The position numbers and the translations under genes are program-made. Shown piece by piece: positions 1-9,183 of a stretch of 64,000 bases of DNA; the stretch's first letter is position 1; each line of letters starts with the position of its first letter. This stretch comes from a virus: the IMG/VR virus record IMGVR_UViG_3300037483_000453, positions 64,001 through 128,000 of that record; one strand, given 5' to 3'. The notes beneath the pieces were generated by a model that was not told where the DNA came from, ran no database searches, and was given only the letters and a program-made list of their open reading frames with translations.

Positions 1-2
1 AT

Positions 3-3000
3 CCGTCTCAGATGTTCAGCATCACTACCAACCTCATCCCATTCCTAGGCAACAACTCAGGTAATCGCGCTACGTATGCTGGACAGCATATTGAGCAGGC
101 AATCTCACTGAAGAATCGCGATGCCCCATTGGTACAGGTGGGGACCGGCTCAAGGCAAAAGGGCATTGAGACATTCGAGGGTATTCTGGGACGTCAATCT
201 GGGCACCAGACTGCTGTCAGCGGGAAAGTCGTCTCTGTCAAAGATGACGCTGTCATTGTCAAGGGCCGCGACGGCGACCATGAAGTTCAACTCTACAATA
301 ACTTCCCGTTGAACGATCCGAAAGCGATGTTGCATTCAACCCCGGTTGTCAAGGTAGGGCAGCTGGTCAAGGCGGGTGATACTGTAGCGGACACCAACTT
401 TAGCAAAGGTGGCACCCTCGCTTTGGGTGCAAACCTACGCGTCGCCTATATCCCGTATAAGGGCTACAACTTTGAAGATGGCGTAGTCATTAGTGAGAGT
501 GCCGCTAACAAGCTCACTAGCGAGCACATGCATAAGCCTGAGGTGACACTCGATAAAGGCGTAGTCACCAACCCACGTAAGTACCTTGTACAGCACCCAG
601 ACACCTACGGTAGGAGTCAGCTGGGCAAACTGGACGACGATGGTGTGGTGCGCGTTGGTCAAAAGGTAAAGACTGGAGACCCATTGGCCTTAGCTATGCG
701 CCCGTTCCAGGCTAAGGACCGTATGAGTCTCCAGGCTATTGGAAGGTCACTATCCGGTCGACACACTGACATCAGCATGCGGTGGCAGTCAGACCATGAC
801 GGTGAAGTTGTGGCCGTGCATAAGGACAAGGGCAAGACGACTGTCCATGTGCGCACTCTGGAGCCCATGCAGCTAGGTGACAAACTTTCAGGGCGGCACG
901 GTAACAAGGGTATTGTCACCAAGATTATCCCTGATAACAAGATGCCACAGACATCAGATGGTCGTCATATCGAGGTAGCCCTAAATCCTTCTGGCGTCCC
1001 AGGTCGTATGAACGTTGGGCAGGTTCTAGAGACCGCAGCCGGTAAGCTAGCCGAGCAGGCTGGTAGGCCTTACATCGTTCATAACTTCAGTGGTGAGGAC
1101 CAGCTTGCCAAGATCAAGCGCAAGTTGAAGCGTGCTGGGCTGTTAGACCAGGAGGAACTTAGGGACCCCATTACCGGTTTGACACTCGGCAAAGCGCTCG
1201 TGGGGCCGCAGCATATGCTCAAGCTTATGCACCAGATTGACAAGAAGAACACGGCACGCTCAGGTATGGCCTTGTCAGGCAGTGAGGAGGACCCCGAAGC
1301 GTACGACAGTAATCTCCTGCCGTCTCAGGGAGGTAAGACTGGTGGCCAGCGCGTGGGTTCTCTAGATCTGTACACACTGCTGGCACACGGGGCTAAGGCT
1401 AACATTCGGGAGATGCAGACGTGGAAGAGCGAGGGGCCCGACCCACAGGCAGACCCAGCCAAACGGTGGCCTTCGCAGCATAGTGACGTATGGGGCGCTA
1501 TCCAGATGGGCGAGTCTTTACCTCCCCCGAGGCCCACGTTCTCTTTTCATAAGTTCACGGACATGCTCAGGGCCACTGGCGTCAATGTAGAGAAGAAGGG
1601 GCACCAGATCAGGTTACTCCCGATGACTGACAACCAGGTACTGGCAATGTCATCTGGTGAGTTATCGAAGCCGGGTGAGGTGGTATACCCCTCGCTGGAT
1701 GCTAATGGTGAATACAAACCAAAGCCTGGCGGTCTTTTTGACACTAAGGTGACGGGTGGTCACAGTGGTAAAAAGTGGTCGCACGTCTCTTTGGCTGAAC
1801 CAATCCCCAATCCGGTTTTTGAGAAGGCTATCCAGCGTATTACTGGGCTCTCCGAGAAGGAGTATTTTGGAGTTGTTCATGGCAAGAAGGCGCTTGATAA
1901 GAACGGCCGTGTGGTCGACTTGGATACAAAGAACACGATGACGGGAGGTCCGGCTGTTGTGGGGCTCTTGGACCAGATTAATGTGCCTAAGGCATTGGCA
2001 GCAGCTGAGAAAGAGCTATCAGCCACCTCTATCCCCAGCGACTACGCTCACCGCGCAAGCACTCCTAAGATCGACAAGCTAGTCAAGAAGGTAAAGTATC
2101 TACGAGCTCTGGAACAAGCAGGTATTGCTCCTTCAGATGCTTATGTACTGAAGAACTTACCAGTCCTACCTCCTGCCATGCGCCCTATCGCCGTCCTTAA
2201 GGATGGGAGTATGCGAGGTGGCGACCTTAACGAGCTTTACAAGAACTTCGGGACCATCAACACAGCTATGAAGGACCCCAGTCAGCAGAAGTTAGGGGAC
2301 GACCAGAAACAAGACTTGCGTGAGAGCCTGTATGATGGCGTGCGTGCACTCACCGGAGTTGGAACACACACCGATCAAACTCATAAGGGCATCATCCACC
2401 AGATTGCTGGCGACCCTGCCAAGGAGGGTTACTTCCAAAATGTCCTCATGTCTCGGCGACAAGACATGTCTATGCGCTCTACTATTGTCCCTGAGCCCGC
2501 GCTAGACCTGGATGAAGTGGGCCTACCTCGAAGTAAGGCTCTCGCACTGTACAAGCCATTTGTGGTACGCAAACTGGTAGAGATGGGGGCAGCACCGCAT
2601 GTACCAGAAGCGCGTGCAATGATTCAGAGGCGGGATCCAGCTGTAAGCAAGGCTCTTGAGCTAGCCGTTGCAGAACGCCCTGTGTTACTGAAGCGTGACC
2701 CCGCATTGCACAGGCATTCGTTGCAGGCATTCAATCCAAGGTTGGTGGGTGGTAAGGCCATTCAGATACACCCCCTTGTGACCAGTGGCTACAACGCCGA
2801 TTTTGACGGCGACAGTTGTGATTTGGATACTCCACTACTTCTTCGTATTCGTGGTGAGATAACTGCTATGACTGGCCGGGAGCTTGAGGCGTTGCTTCAC
2901 CCTGGTGAGGGCAACTACATCCAGGAAGTGCAGGGTATTGAAACAGCTGTGCGGGGGACCTGGGCGCCAGTAAAGACTGTCTCGTTTCATGAAGTGCGAG

Positions 3001-6000
3001 ACAAGAAGCGCTACCGCGTTACTACAAAGAATGGCGCAGCCTTCGTTGTATCCGAGGACCACTCACTTATGGTGAGTGGGCGTGAAATAAAACCAGGGCA
3101 GCTAGAACTAGGCGTGAGGCTGGACACAACAGAGGTACGTGCGGAGGTTGGTGGTTCCTACGACCTAGGTGTGATTCTTGGGCACTATATGGGGGACGGC
3201 AGTGCTGATGAGCGTCGCGTGTCTATTGCGTGTAAGTCTAGGGAGGAGAAGGAGTATCTTATCCGCCTGTGGGAGCAGGAGATGGGGCATCACGTGTCCC
3301 GATGCGAAAACAACGATTACTTCCAGATTTACAATCGCGAAGTAGCTGCCAGGGTGCTCGAGGTAGCCGGCCGATACTGTGAAGGGAAGTTCGTTGGTCC
3401 CTCTCTTTTGTCTGGTGGTAGGGACACATTGTCAGGATTGCTATCTGGTTATATTTTGGCTGACGGCTCTGTAGAGGTTACGCATAGTGGCAGCTACCTA
3501 GTCCGTACTTGGTCACGGTCCAAGAAGCTTCGCGACGGCATGTATGCAGTTGCTTGTCTTCTCGGGGTGCCGTGCTCTGTACGTGAACGAGGGGACCAGC
3601 ACGGTAAGAGGAACTACATAATCTCATTTGGTAAAGAAGCCATAAAGCTCCTGGATTACCGGTGCCCCGGCAAGAAGGGCGAGCTAATCGCACGTGCACG
3701 ACAAGACTACATAGAGTCACGTAAAGATAATCGAGTATCGCAGAGTGCCCGTGGATATGAGGTGAGCGCTATAGAGCTCGCCGACGATGACGAGCGCATG
3801 CTTGACCTAGAAGTAGATCATGAAGAGCACGTGTTTTGTCTTGCCTCTGGAGTGCTGCTGCATAACACAATGAGCGCCTATGTGCCCATCTCAGATGAAG
3901 CTGTAGCTGAAGCACGAAATATGATGCCCAGTTCCAACTTGTATAGTGAAGCGTCAGGACGTGTTGTATACACTCCCACGCTCGAGAGTGCCCTCGGTAT
4001 CTACAAGTTGGGGCGCATTGATAAGACCACAAGTAAGAGCTTCAAGACTTCGATAGATGCACTGCAGGCTGTGAATGCAGGGAAGCTGGGGATCAATGAT
4101 GTGGCTGCAATTGGCGGGCTAAAGACAACTGCAGGTCGGGTGCTTCTAGCTAGTGCACTTCCAGAGCCCATGCAGAGCAAAATGCTGATGGCACACAAGC
4201 CTTTGGACAAGCGCGGCATGGGTAATCTATTTCGTGACCTGGCTGATAAGTTCAAGGGTGACTATGGGGAGACTGCAAACAAGCTAAAGGACATTGGTAA
4301 TGGGGCAGCCTCTGGTGCGGTGCCTGTGCTTCATGGGCGAAAGGGGCCAGCTGCCATTCGGCTAGCTGAGAACCCCAAAGATCTGAAGTATGTGTCGATC
4401 CCAGTGCACTCACTTAGCCTGGATGACTTCGAGCCTGACCGTCTGTCTCGCGACGCAGCGCTGCGCGTGGCCGAGCGCGAGGTAGCTGTCATCGAGAGGT
4501 CTTCACTACCCAAGCGAGAGAAAGACCGCCGGTCTATCGAGGCATGGGTAGGGGCATCCAAGAAAATGGACACCGCACACATGAAGAAGATGGATGCTAA
4601 CCCAACAAACTTGGCTATCATGCTGAAGGCAGGCGTGAAGCCGAGCTCCACACAATATAAGCAGATGGTCCTGTCGCCTGTGCTCATGTCTGATGCAGCT
4701 GGTAACCCCATCAACCAGCCCATCAAGAAGTCGTACTCCGAAGGTCTAGACTTGGCGAGTTACTGGACTCAGCAGCAGGGTGCCCGGCGTGGCACAGTCA
4801 TGAAGGTGCAGGAGGTGCGGGAGCCGGGCACCTTTACCAAGCGTATGATTCAAACAACCATGGGGTTGGTGGTGTCTGGTAATGACTGCGGTACCACCCG
4901 TGGTGTGGCCATGAGTATCGGTAACAAGAATGTCCATGACCGGCGCTTGGCGGCAGATGTGAGTGCCAAGGATGCGAAGTTTAGTGCGGGCACGCTGTTG
5001 ACACCTCAGATTGTCGATCAAATCAAAGCTGCGGATAAGGGGGCCACGGTGGTGGTTCGCAGCCCTTTGAAGTGTGAGCATGCGAAGGGTCTTTGCAAGA
5101 AGTGCGCGGGTCTTCGTCCCAACGGCGATGAGTATGACGAGGGAACAAATGTTGGTGTCATAGCTTCCCAAGCCCTGGGTGAGCGCTCTGTACAGTTGAC
5201 CATGAAAGCCTTCCACTGCCTGCATGGCCAGTCCATGATTTTGGTGCGACGTGGCGACATCATTGAGCACACAACCTTGGAAAGGCTGTTCAGCGTCTCT
5301 AAACCGCTAGGGACAGAGTTCGATGCCGACATCGGAGTGATGGAGGACGTCTCCAGTGTCAGCAGTGTGGAGGTTTGGGACCAAACAGGCTGGGTGACAA
5401 TCGAGAAAGTCATGCGACATATGCAGCAGCCTGGTACGGCGATGGCCGCTGTTCGGACGCGGTCTGGTTACATTTCTGTTAGCCAGGACAATCATCCGCA
5501 CATGCTTAGGGAAAATGAAGCGCTGTGTGCGCTCTGTGGAACAGTCCCGAAGTACTCCAATGGTGGGCGGCAGTACTACTGTCGAAAGTGCAGCAAAGTG
5601 TGGGTTGGGTTGCCAGCCGATACAGCTGAAAATCATATGATTGCACCCTCTGATATTGGGAAATCAACACACAGGGCAACTGTAGATTGTGGGCCAGAGC
5701 CGACTGCTACAGTCCCCGTAGTCGAGGACGGGTGGTTAGCGGGTATCTACTGTGCAGAGGGCTCTGTTCAGGTCCGCAACAAGGGTGGTAAGCCGTACCC
5801 ATGTGCTATTCAAATCTCGCAGCTGCCCGGTGAGATCTACACGAAGATTGGCGAAGCGTTGTACGCGGCTACAGGCAAACGTGGGGCACAACCTCGCTAC
5901 CACCAGGTGTACGGGGTAGACCTGGCAGAGAAGTGGCCGAGGTGGTTTGGCCGCTATTCGAACAGCAAAGGTCTGCCAGACGGCTGGAGCGGATATGGCC

Positions 6001-7259
6001 GCAAGTGGCTCGCTGATTTCGTGTCCGGTGTGATCGATGGTGACGGAACGCTAAAGGGCAATGATGATAGTGCGTGGATTACGTGTCGCATTGATACGAC
6101 TAGTTTCTTGGTGGCACAACAACTTCATTGGATCTTGCGGAGTCTGGGTGTGTTCTCTCGCGTAGTCCTCACCAAGTGGAGAGAGCGCTCGCTGAACCAG
6201 GGCTTGGCTGTATATTTTACAGTGACGGAGGAGGCTGTCGAGACACTCTCAGCTTCTATCAAGCTCAAGGGGGTACCAGGGAAGCCCCAGGCTAACTCGG
6301 AAAGGTTTGAGGATGTCGTCGACTATTTCAAGGCCTTCACGTTTCTCTCTCCGCCTGTCGTGTACGATATCAAGACTGCGAGTGGTACGTTCTTTGTGAA
6401 CGGTATCTTGACCCATAATTCGGGGGGCGTAGTTCAATCTGCCGGTACCTCTCGCGCAGTTAACGACTTTGAGCGAATAAAGCAGCTGACAGACTTGACC
6501 GAGAACATTCCCAACTCTGCAACTATAGCCATGCATTCAGGGACCATTGGCAAGGTAGAGAAAGACCGCACAGGCATGAATGTTTGGGTCGGTGGTCTAC
6601 GGCATCATGTTGGTAAGGACCCCACAGGCGCTGGGCTGCATGAAAATCTCCCACATGCTACCAAGTTTGAGGAGTATAAATCATGGCGTCCGCCTAAGGT
6701 CGGCATGCGAGTGCGAGCAGGGGAGACACTGTCCGATCCAAATCGCACGAACATAAATCCTAGGGATCTCTACAGGGCCACCAACGATATGGAAACAGTC
6801 CAGAACTTTCTCGTTGATGAGCTCGGGGGCATCTATGGAGATGACGTTCGAAGGCAGCATGTAGAAACTGTGGTTCGCGCGATGGGAAACTTGACTAAGG
6901 TTCGCGACCCAGGTGATGCAAAGGATGTTCTGCGTGGTGAGTTCCAGTCTGCTTCAGCAATCCGAGCCCAGAATAGGGAGCTTTCAAAGCAAGGGCTGAA
7001 GCCTATTGAACACTCGCCGGTGCTCAAGGGCGTAGATAGTATGCCCTTGTCTGTCCAGGAGGACTGGATGGCCAAGATGCAGCATATCAAGTTGAAGAGC
7101 ACGTTTATGGATGCTGCTGCTGTCGGTGCCCACTCCGACATACATGGGGTAAACCCAATCCCTGGGGTGGCCTATGGTGCAGAGTTTGGCCTGACGTCCA
7201 AGGACAGCCTCAAACCTGGCCTGGGCCACTTGAAGGATGTCCCCATCTATGCCTACTAG
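3..7259 (+). CDS. rpoBC: Phage-encoded multisubunit DNA-directed RNA polymerase, beta-beta' fusion, with two inteins; 5' end lies upstream of the window
   Basis: Beta motifs (PSQMFSITTNLIPFLGNNSGNRA, GYNFEDGVVISES, GDKLSGRHGNKG, LNPSGVPGRMNVGQ, GGQRVGSLD) and beta' motifs (LKRDPALHR, NADFDGD, bridge helix GARRG, QLTMKAFH trigger loop, DCGT...CEHAKGLCKKC Zn site) lie in one ORF. The frame is open back to position 3, so it is 5'-truncated. Confidence 0.96.
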   Translation, partial: PSQMFSITTNLIPFLGNNSGNRATYAGQHIEQAISLKNRDAPLVQVGTGSRQKGIETFEGILGRQSGHQTAVSGKVVSVKDDAVIVKGRDGDHEVQLYNNFPLNDPKAMLHSTPVVKVGQLVKAGDTVADTNFSKGGTLALGANLRVAYIPYKGYNFEDGVVISESAANKLTSEHMHKPEVTLDKGVVTNPRKYLVQHPDTYGRSQLGKLDDDGVVRVGQKVKTGDPLALAMRPFQAKDRMSLQAIGRSLSGRHTDISMRWQSDHDGEVVAVHKDKGKTTVHVRTLEPMQLGDKLSGRHGNKGIVTKIIPDNKMPQTSDGRHIEVALNPSGVPGRMNVGQVLETAAGKLAEQAGRPYIVHNFSGEDQLAKIKRKLKRAGLLDQEELRDPITGLTLGKALVGPQHMLKLMHQIDKKNTARSGMALSGSEEDPEAYDSNLLPSQGGKTGGQRVGSLDLYTLLAHGAKANIREMQTWKSEGPDPQADPAKRWPSQHSDVWGAIQMGESLPPPRPTFSFHKFTDMLRATGVNVEKKGHQIRLLPMTDNQVLAMSSGELSKPGEVVYPSLDANGEYKPKPGGLFDTKVTGGHSGKKWSHVSLAEPIPNPVFEKAIQRITGLSEKEYFGVVHGKKALDKNGRVVDLDTKNTMTGGPAVVGLLDQINVPKALAAAEKELSATSIPSDYAHRASTPKIDKLVKKVKYLRALEQAGIAPSDAYVLKNLPVLPPAMRPIAVLKDGSMRGGDLNELYKNFGTINTAMKDPSQQKLGDDQKQDLRESLYDGVRALTGVGTHTDQTHKGIIHQIAGDPAKEGYFQNVLMSRRQDMSMRSTIVPEPALDLDEVGLPRSKALALYKPFVVRKLVEMGAAPHVPEARAMIQRRDPAVSKALELAVAERPVLLKRDPALHRHSLQAFNPRLVGGKAIQIHPLVTSGYNADFDGDSCDLDTPLLLRIRGEITAMTGRELEALLHPGEGNYIQEVQGIETAVRGTWAPVKTVSFHEVRDKKRYRVTTKNGAAFVVSEDHSLMVSGREIKPGQLELGVRLDTTEVRAEVGGSYDLGVILGHYMGDGSADERRVSIACKSREEKEYLIRLWEQEMGHHVSRCENNDYFQIYNREVAARVLEVAGRYCEGKFVGPSLLSGGRDTLSGLLSGYILADGSVEVTHSGSYLVRTWSRSKKLRDGMYAVACLLGVPCSVRERGDQHGKRNYIISFGKEAIKLLDYRCPGKKGELIARARQDYIESRKDNRVSQSARGYEVSAIELADDDERMLDLEVDHEEHVFCLASGVLLHNTMSAYVPISDEAVAEARNMMPSSNLYSEASGRVVYTPTLESALGIYKLGRIDKTTSKSFKTSIDALQAVNAGKLGINDVAAIGGLKTTAGRVLLASALPEPMQSKMLMAHKPLDKRGMGNLFRDLADKFKGDYGETANKLKDIGNGAASGAVPVLHGRKGPAAIRLAENPKDLKYVSIPVHSLSLDDFEPDRLSRDAALRVAEREVAVIERSSLPKREKDRRSIEAWVGASKKMDTAHMKKMDANPTNLAIMLKAGVKPSSTQYKQMVLSPVLMSDAAGNPINQPIKKSYSEGLDLASYWTQQQGARRGTVMKVQEVREPGTFTKRMIQTTMGLVVSGNDCGTTRGVAMSIGNKNVHDRRLAADVSAKDAKFSAGTLLTPQIVDQIKAADKGATVVVRSPLKCEHAKGLCKKCAGLRPNGDEYDEGTNVGVIASQALGERSVQLTMKAFHCLHGQSMILVRRGDIIEHTTLERLFSVSKPLGTEFDADIGVMEDVSSVSSVEVWDQTGWVTIEKVMRHMQQPGTAMAAVRTRSGYISVSQDNHPHMLRENEALCALCGTVPKYSNGGRQYYCRKCSKVWVGLPADTAENHMIAPSDIGKSTHRATVDCGPEPTATVPVVEDGWLAGIYCAEGSVQVRNKGGKPYPCAIQISQLPGEIYTKIGEALYAATGKRGAQPRYHQVYGVDLAEKWPRWFGRYSNSKGLPDGWSGYGRKWLADFVSGVIDGDGTLKGNDDSAWITCRIDTTSFLVAQQLHWILRSLGVFSRVVLTKWRERSLNQGLAVYFTVTEEAVETLSASIKLKGVPGKPQANSERFEDVVDYFKAFTFLSPPVVYDIKTASGTFFVNGILTHNSGGVVQSAGTSRAVNDFERIKQLTDLTENIPNSATIAMHSGTIGKVEKDRTGMNVWVGGLRHHVGKDPTGAGLHENLPHATKFEEYKSWRPPKVGMRVRAGETLSDPNRTNINPRDLYRATNDMETVQNFLVDELGGIYGDDVRRQHVETVVRAMGNLTKVRDPGDAKDVLRGEFQSASAIRAQNRELSKQGLKPIEHSPVLKGVDSMPLSVQEDWMAKMQHIKLKSTFMDAAAVGAHSDIHGVNPIPGVAYGAEFGLTSKDSLKPGLGHLKDVPIYAY
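2814..3866 (+). mobile_element. Intein with LAGLIDADG homing endonuclease in RNAP beta', immediately after NADFDGD (351 aa)
   Basis: Starts S-C-D-L-D-T-P-L (block A-like) and ends VLLHN with +1 Thr. LAGLIDADG-like ILGHYMGDG and LLSGYILADG. Excision gives NADFDGD-TMSAYVP, colinear with bacterial NADFDGD-QMAVHVP. Confidence 0.92.
5217..6419 (+). mobile_element. Intein with LAGLIDADG endonuclease in the RNAP beta' trigger loop (401 aa)
   Basis: Starts CLHGQSMI, ends GILTHN, +1 Ser. LAGIYCAEG and FVSGVIDGDG motifs. Excision restores QLTMKAFH-SGG. Confidence 0.93.
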
Positions 7260-7265
7260 GAAAGC

Positions 7266-8534
7266 ATGTCGTCCCTCCCCGGCGTAGGCAGCGAGACACC
7301 GGACCCGAGCCAGCGATCCATGTTTAGGTCTTCCTGGACAACACAGGAGGGCGTGGGTACGGCCATGATCGTGGAGTGCAAAGTCGTTGACCTAAACCCC
7401 GTTCTATGGACGGTGGATTGCATCTCTCAGTTCGATCAAAAATGGTACCTCAACATACAAGTTGGGTCCCCCTACATGCATTCCAAGAGGGGTGAGGGCA
7501 TCTACGTAATGCCCGAGATCGGGGCCAAATGTCACGTATGCATACCCAGCGATAACTGCCCACCGTTTGTACTCGATTTCATTATGCCACAGGAATCAGT
7601 ACTTGATGCCACATCGGATGATGCACCAGAAGGTACAGAGAAACCTACGGACTCAACTTTTGCCGGCGGTCGTTTACGAGCCAAGCCAGGCGATATCATC
7701 ATGCGGGGCCGAGATGGCAATTTCGTGATCTTGCACCGAGGAGGTGTTCTGCAAGTTGGGTCAAGTGATCTGTCTCAGAGGATTTACATACCGTTGCGTA
7801 ACCTGGTGTGTGACATCAGTCAAAACTACCAGCATTACAACTCGGGTGGTTCAATCAACTGGTTTCTTGCATCGGGTGAATCAGATACCAATCCATCTAC
7901 TATTCGCAAGGAAACCTATAGGCTGTTGGCGGGTGATGCGAGGGCCACTATTCGAGTGGCCTACGGCCCTCTGAAGGACATGGTTCCAGAGCCCCAGAAC
8001 GGAGCACAGTCTGACCTGAGTCAGCTGGGTATCGGTACTGAGGAGGACGGGCCCGTTGTGGTTGAGGTGGTCATCGCTCCCGATGGTTTTAGCGCTGATA
8101 ACGGCTCACCTGATGGCAGCACACCAGATCAAACAGTTCTCAGGTATTTCTTCGACAAGAAAGGCAGCGTGTTCATGAGGAGTGAGGGCAGCGTCCTTCT
8201 CCACGTAAGGAGGAAGCTCCGGCTGGTAGTGGGGGACAACATTGACATCACAGCAAAGAAGAGCTTCACGTTGACTGTGTCTGACACAGCGAGAATCGAT
8301 GGTGGGAAGTTGTTAGAGCTCACGGGTAAAGTGACAAAGATCAACGGTGGTACGAAACCTTGTGCTCATGTAGGTTCCATTGTTGAATGTCACATTACAG
8401 TCCCGTGGGTAGTGGTAGCACCTGGCCTCCCACCAGCGGTAATCGGCACGGTCTTGCCTATCAATCCACTAACCGGGCAGCCACAGACGGTAAAGGGTAC
8501 TATTGTTAGTGGTAACCCAACGATCCAAGTATGA
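7266..8534 (+). CDS. Baseplate central spike (gpV/gp5-like OB fold, beta-helix, PAAR-like C-terminus)
   Basis: N-terminal VECKVVD...EGIYVMPEIGAKCHV resembles the gpV/gp5 OB fold. Beta-strand repeats follow, then a C-terminal INGGTKPCAHVGS...GTIVSGNPTIQV. Confidence 0.65.
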   Translation: MSSLPGVGSETPDPSQRSMFRSSWTTQEGVGTAMIVECKVVDLNPVLWTVDCISQFDQKWYLNIQVGSPYMHSKRGEGIYVMPEIGAKCHVCIPSDNCPPFVLDFIMPQESVLDATSDDAPEGTEKPTDSTFAGGRLRAKPGDIIMRGRDGNFVILHRGGVLQVGSSDLSQRIYIPLRNLVCDISQNYQHYNSGGSINWFLASGESDTNPSTIRKETYRLLAGDARATIRVAYGPLKDMVPEPQNGAQSDLSQLGIGTEEDGPVVVEVVIAPDGFSADNGSPDGSTPDQTVLRYFFDKKGSVFMRSEGSVLLHVRRKLRLVVGDNIDITAKKSFTLTVSDTARIDGGKLLELTGKVTKINGGTKPCAHVGSIVECHITVPWVVVAPGLPPAVIGTVLPINPLTGQPQTVKGTIVSGNPTIQV

Positions 8535-9175
8535 CGGCTACTCTCGATGAAGTCTTGGTGGGTACCCTGGGCGAGGCCAACATCGGCCTGGCTGCCGGTG
8601 TTGCTTCATTGAACCCTCTGGCGGCCCAGTTGGACGCCATGATCGCCTTTGGCTTGGGCCCTCTGCAGTCCGACATATCCGCCTCGTTGGACGCAAGCCT
8701 ATCGTTACAAGCCACCCTGGCGCTGACCCTGTCGGACCCTACCGCGAATATCCGGGCAGCTCTTCAGGCACTCATTGAGCTTACGGGCACCCTCACGGCA
8801 GCCTTGTCTCTGCCACCCACAGTCTTGGATGTAAGTGCGGAGCTTGGAGCATCAGCGGCTATCTCAGCGGCGCTAACGGCCAAGCTCGGTGCTATCAGCC
8901 TACTTCTGGATGCAGCTGTTTCAGTTAAGATCCCTGCTGTGCGCCTGGCAGCAGACCTCGCTGCGGCTATCAGTGCCGGCAGCATCGTGCTGCTCTCTTT
9001 CGATGGGTTTTCTGACCCTACTGACCTACAAACCATCGGTGGTCTCATCGACTCCAAGTTCAGCACTGGCATTGGGGGAGGTCTCATCGGGCCGACCGAC
9101 AGTGTGGCTGGTATCATCATGGTAGCCGAGAGCCCTTCGGTTTTTGCGTCTATGGGTGCGATAATCCAGACGTAG
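8531..9175 (+). CDS. Hypothetical Ala/Leu-rich helical virion-cluster protein
   Basis: 214-aa ORF, ATGA overlap with the spike gene. Confidence 0.6.
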   Translation: MTATLDEVLVGTLGEANIGLAAGVASLNPLAAQLDAMIAFGLGPLQSDISASLDASLSLQATLALTLSDPTANIRAALQALIELTGTLTAALSLPPTVLDVSAELGASAAISAALTAKLGAISLLLDAAVSVKIPAVRLAADLAAAISAGSIVLLSFDGFSDPTDLQTIGGLIDSKFSTGIGGGLIGPTDSVAGIIMVAESPSVFASMGAIIQT

Positions 9176-9183
9176 GAGAAACC

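Noticed and set aside
1-7259. Bacterial chromosomal rpoBC operon
   Set aside because: No flanking rplL/rpsL genes, strongly divergent motifs, and it is contiguous with phage structural genes.
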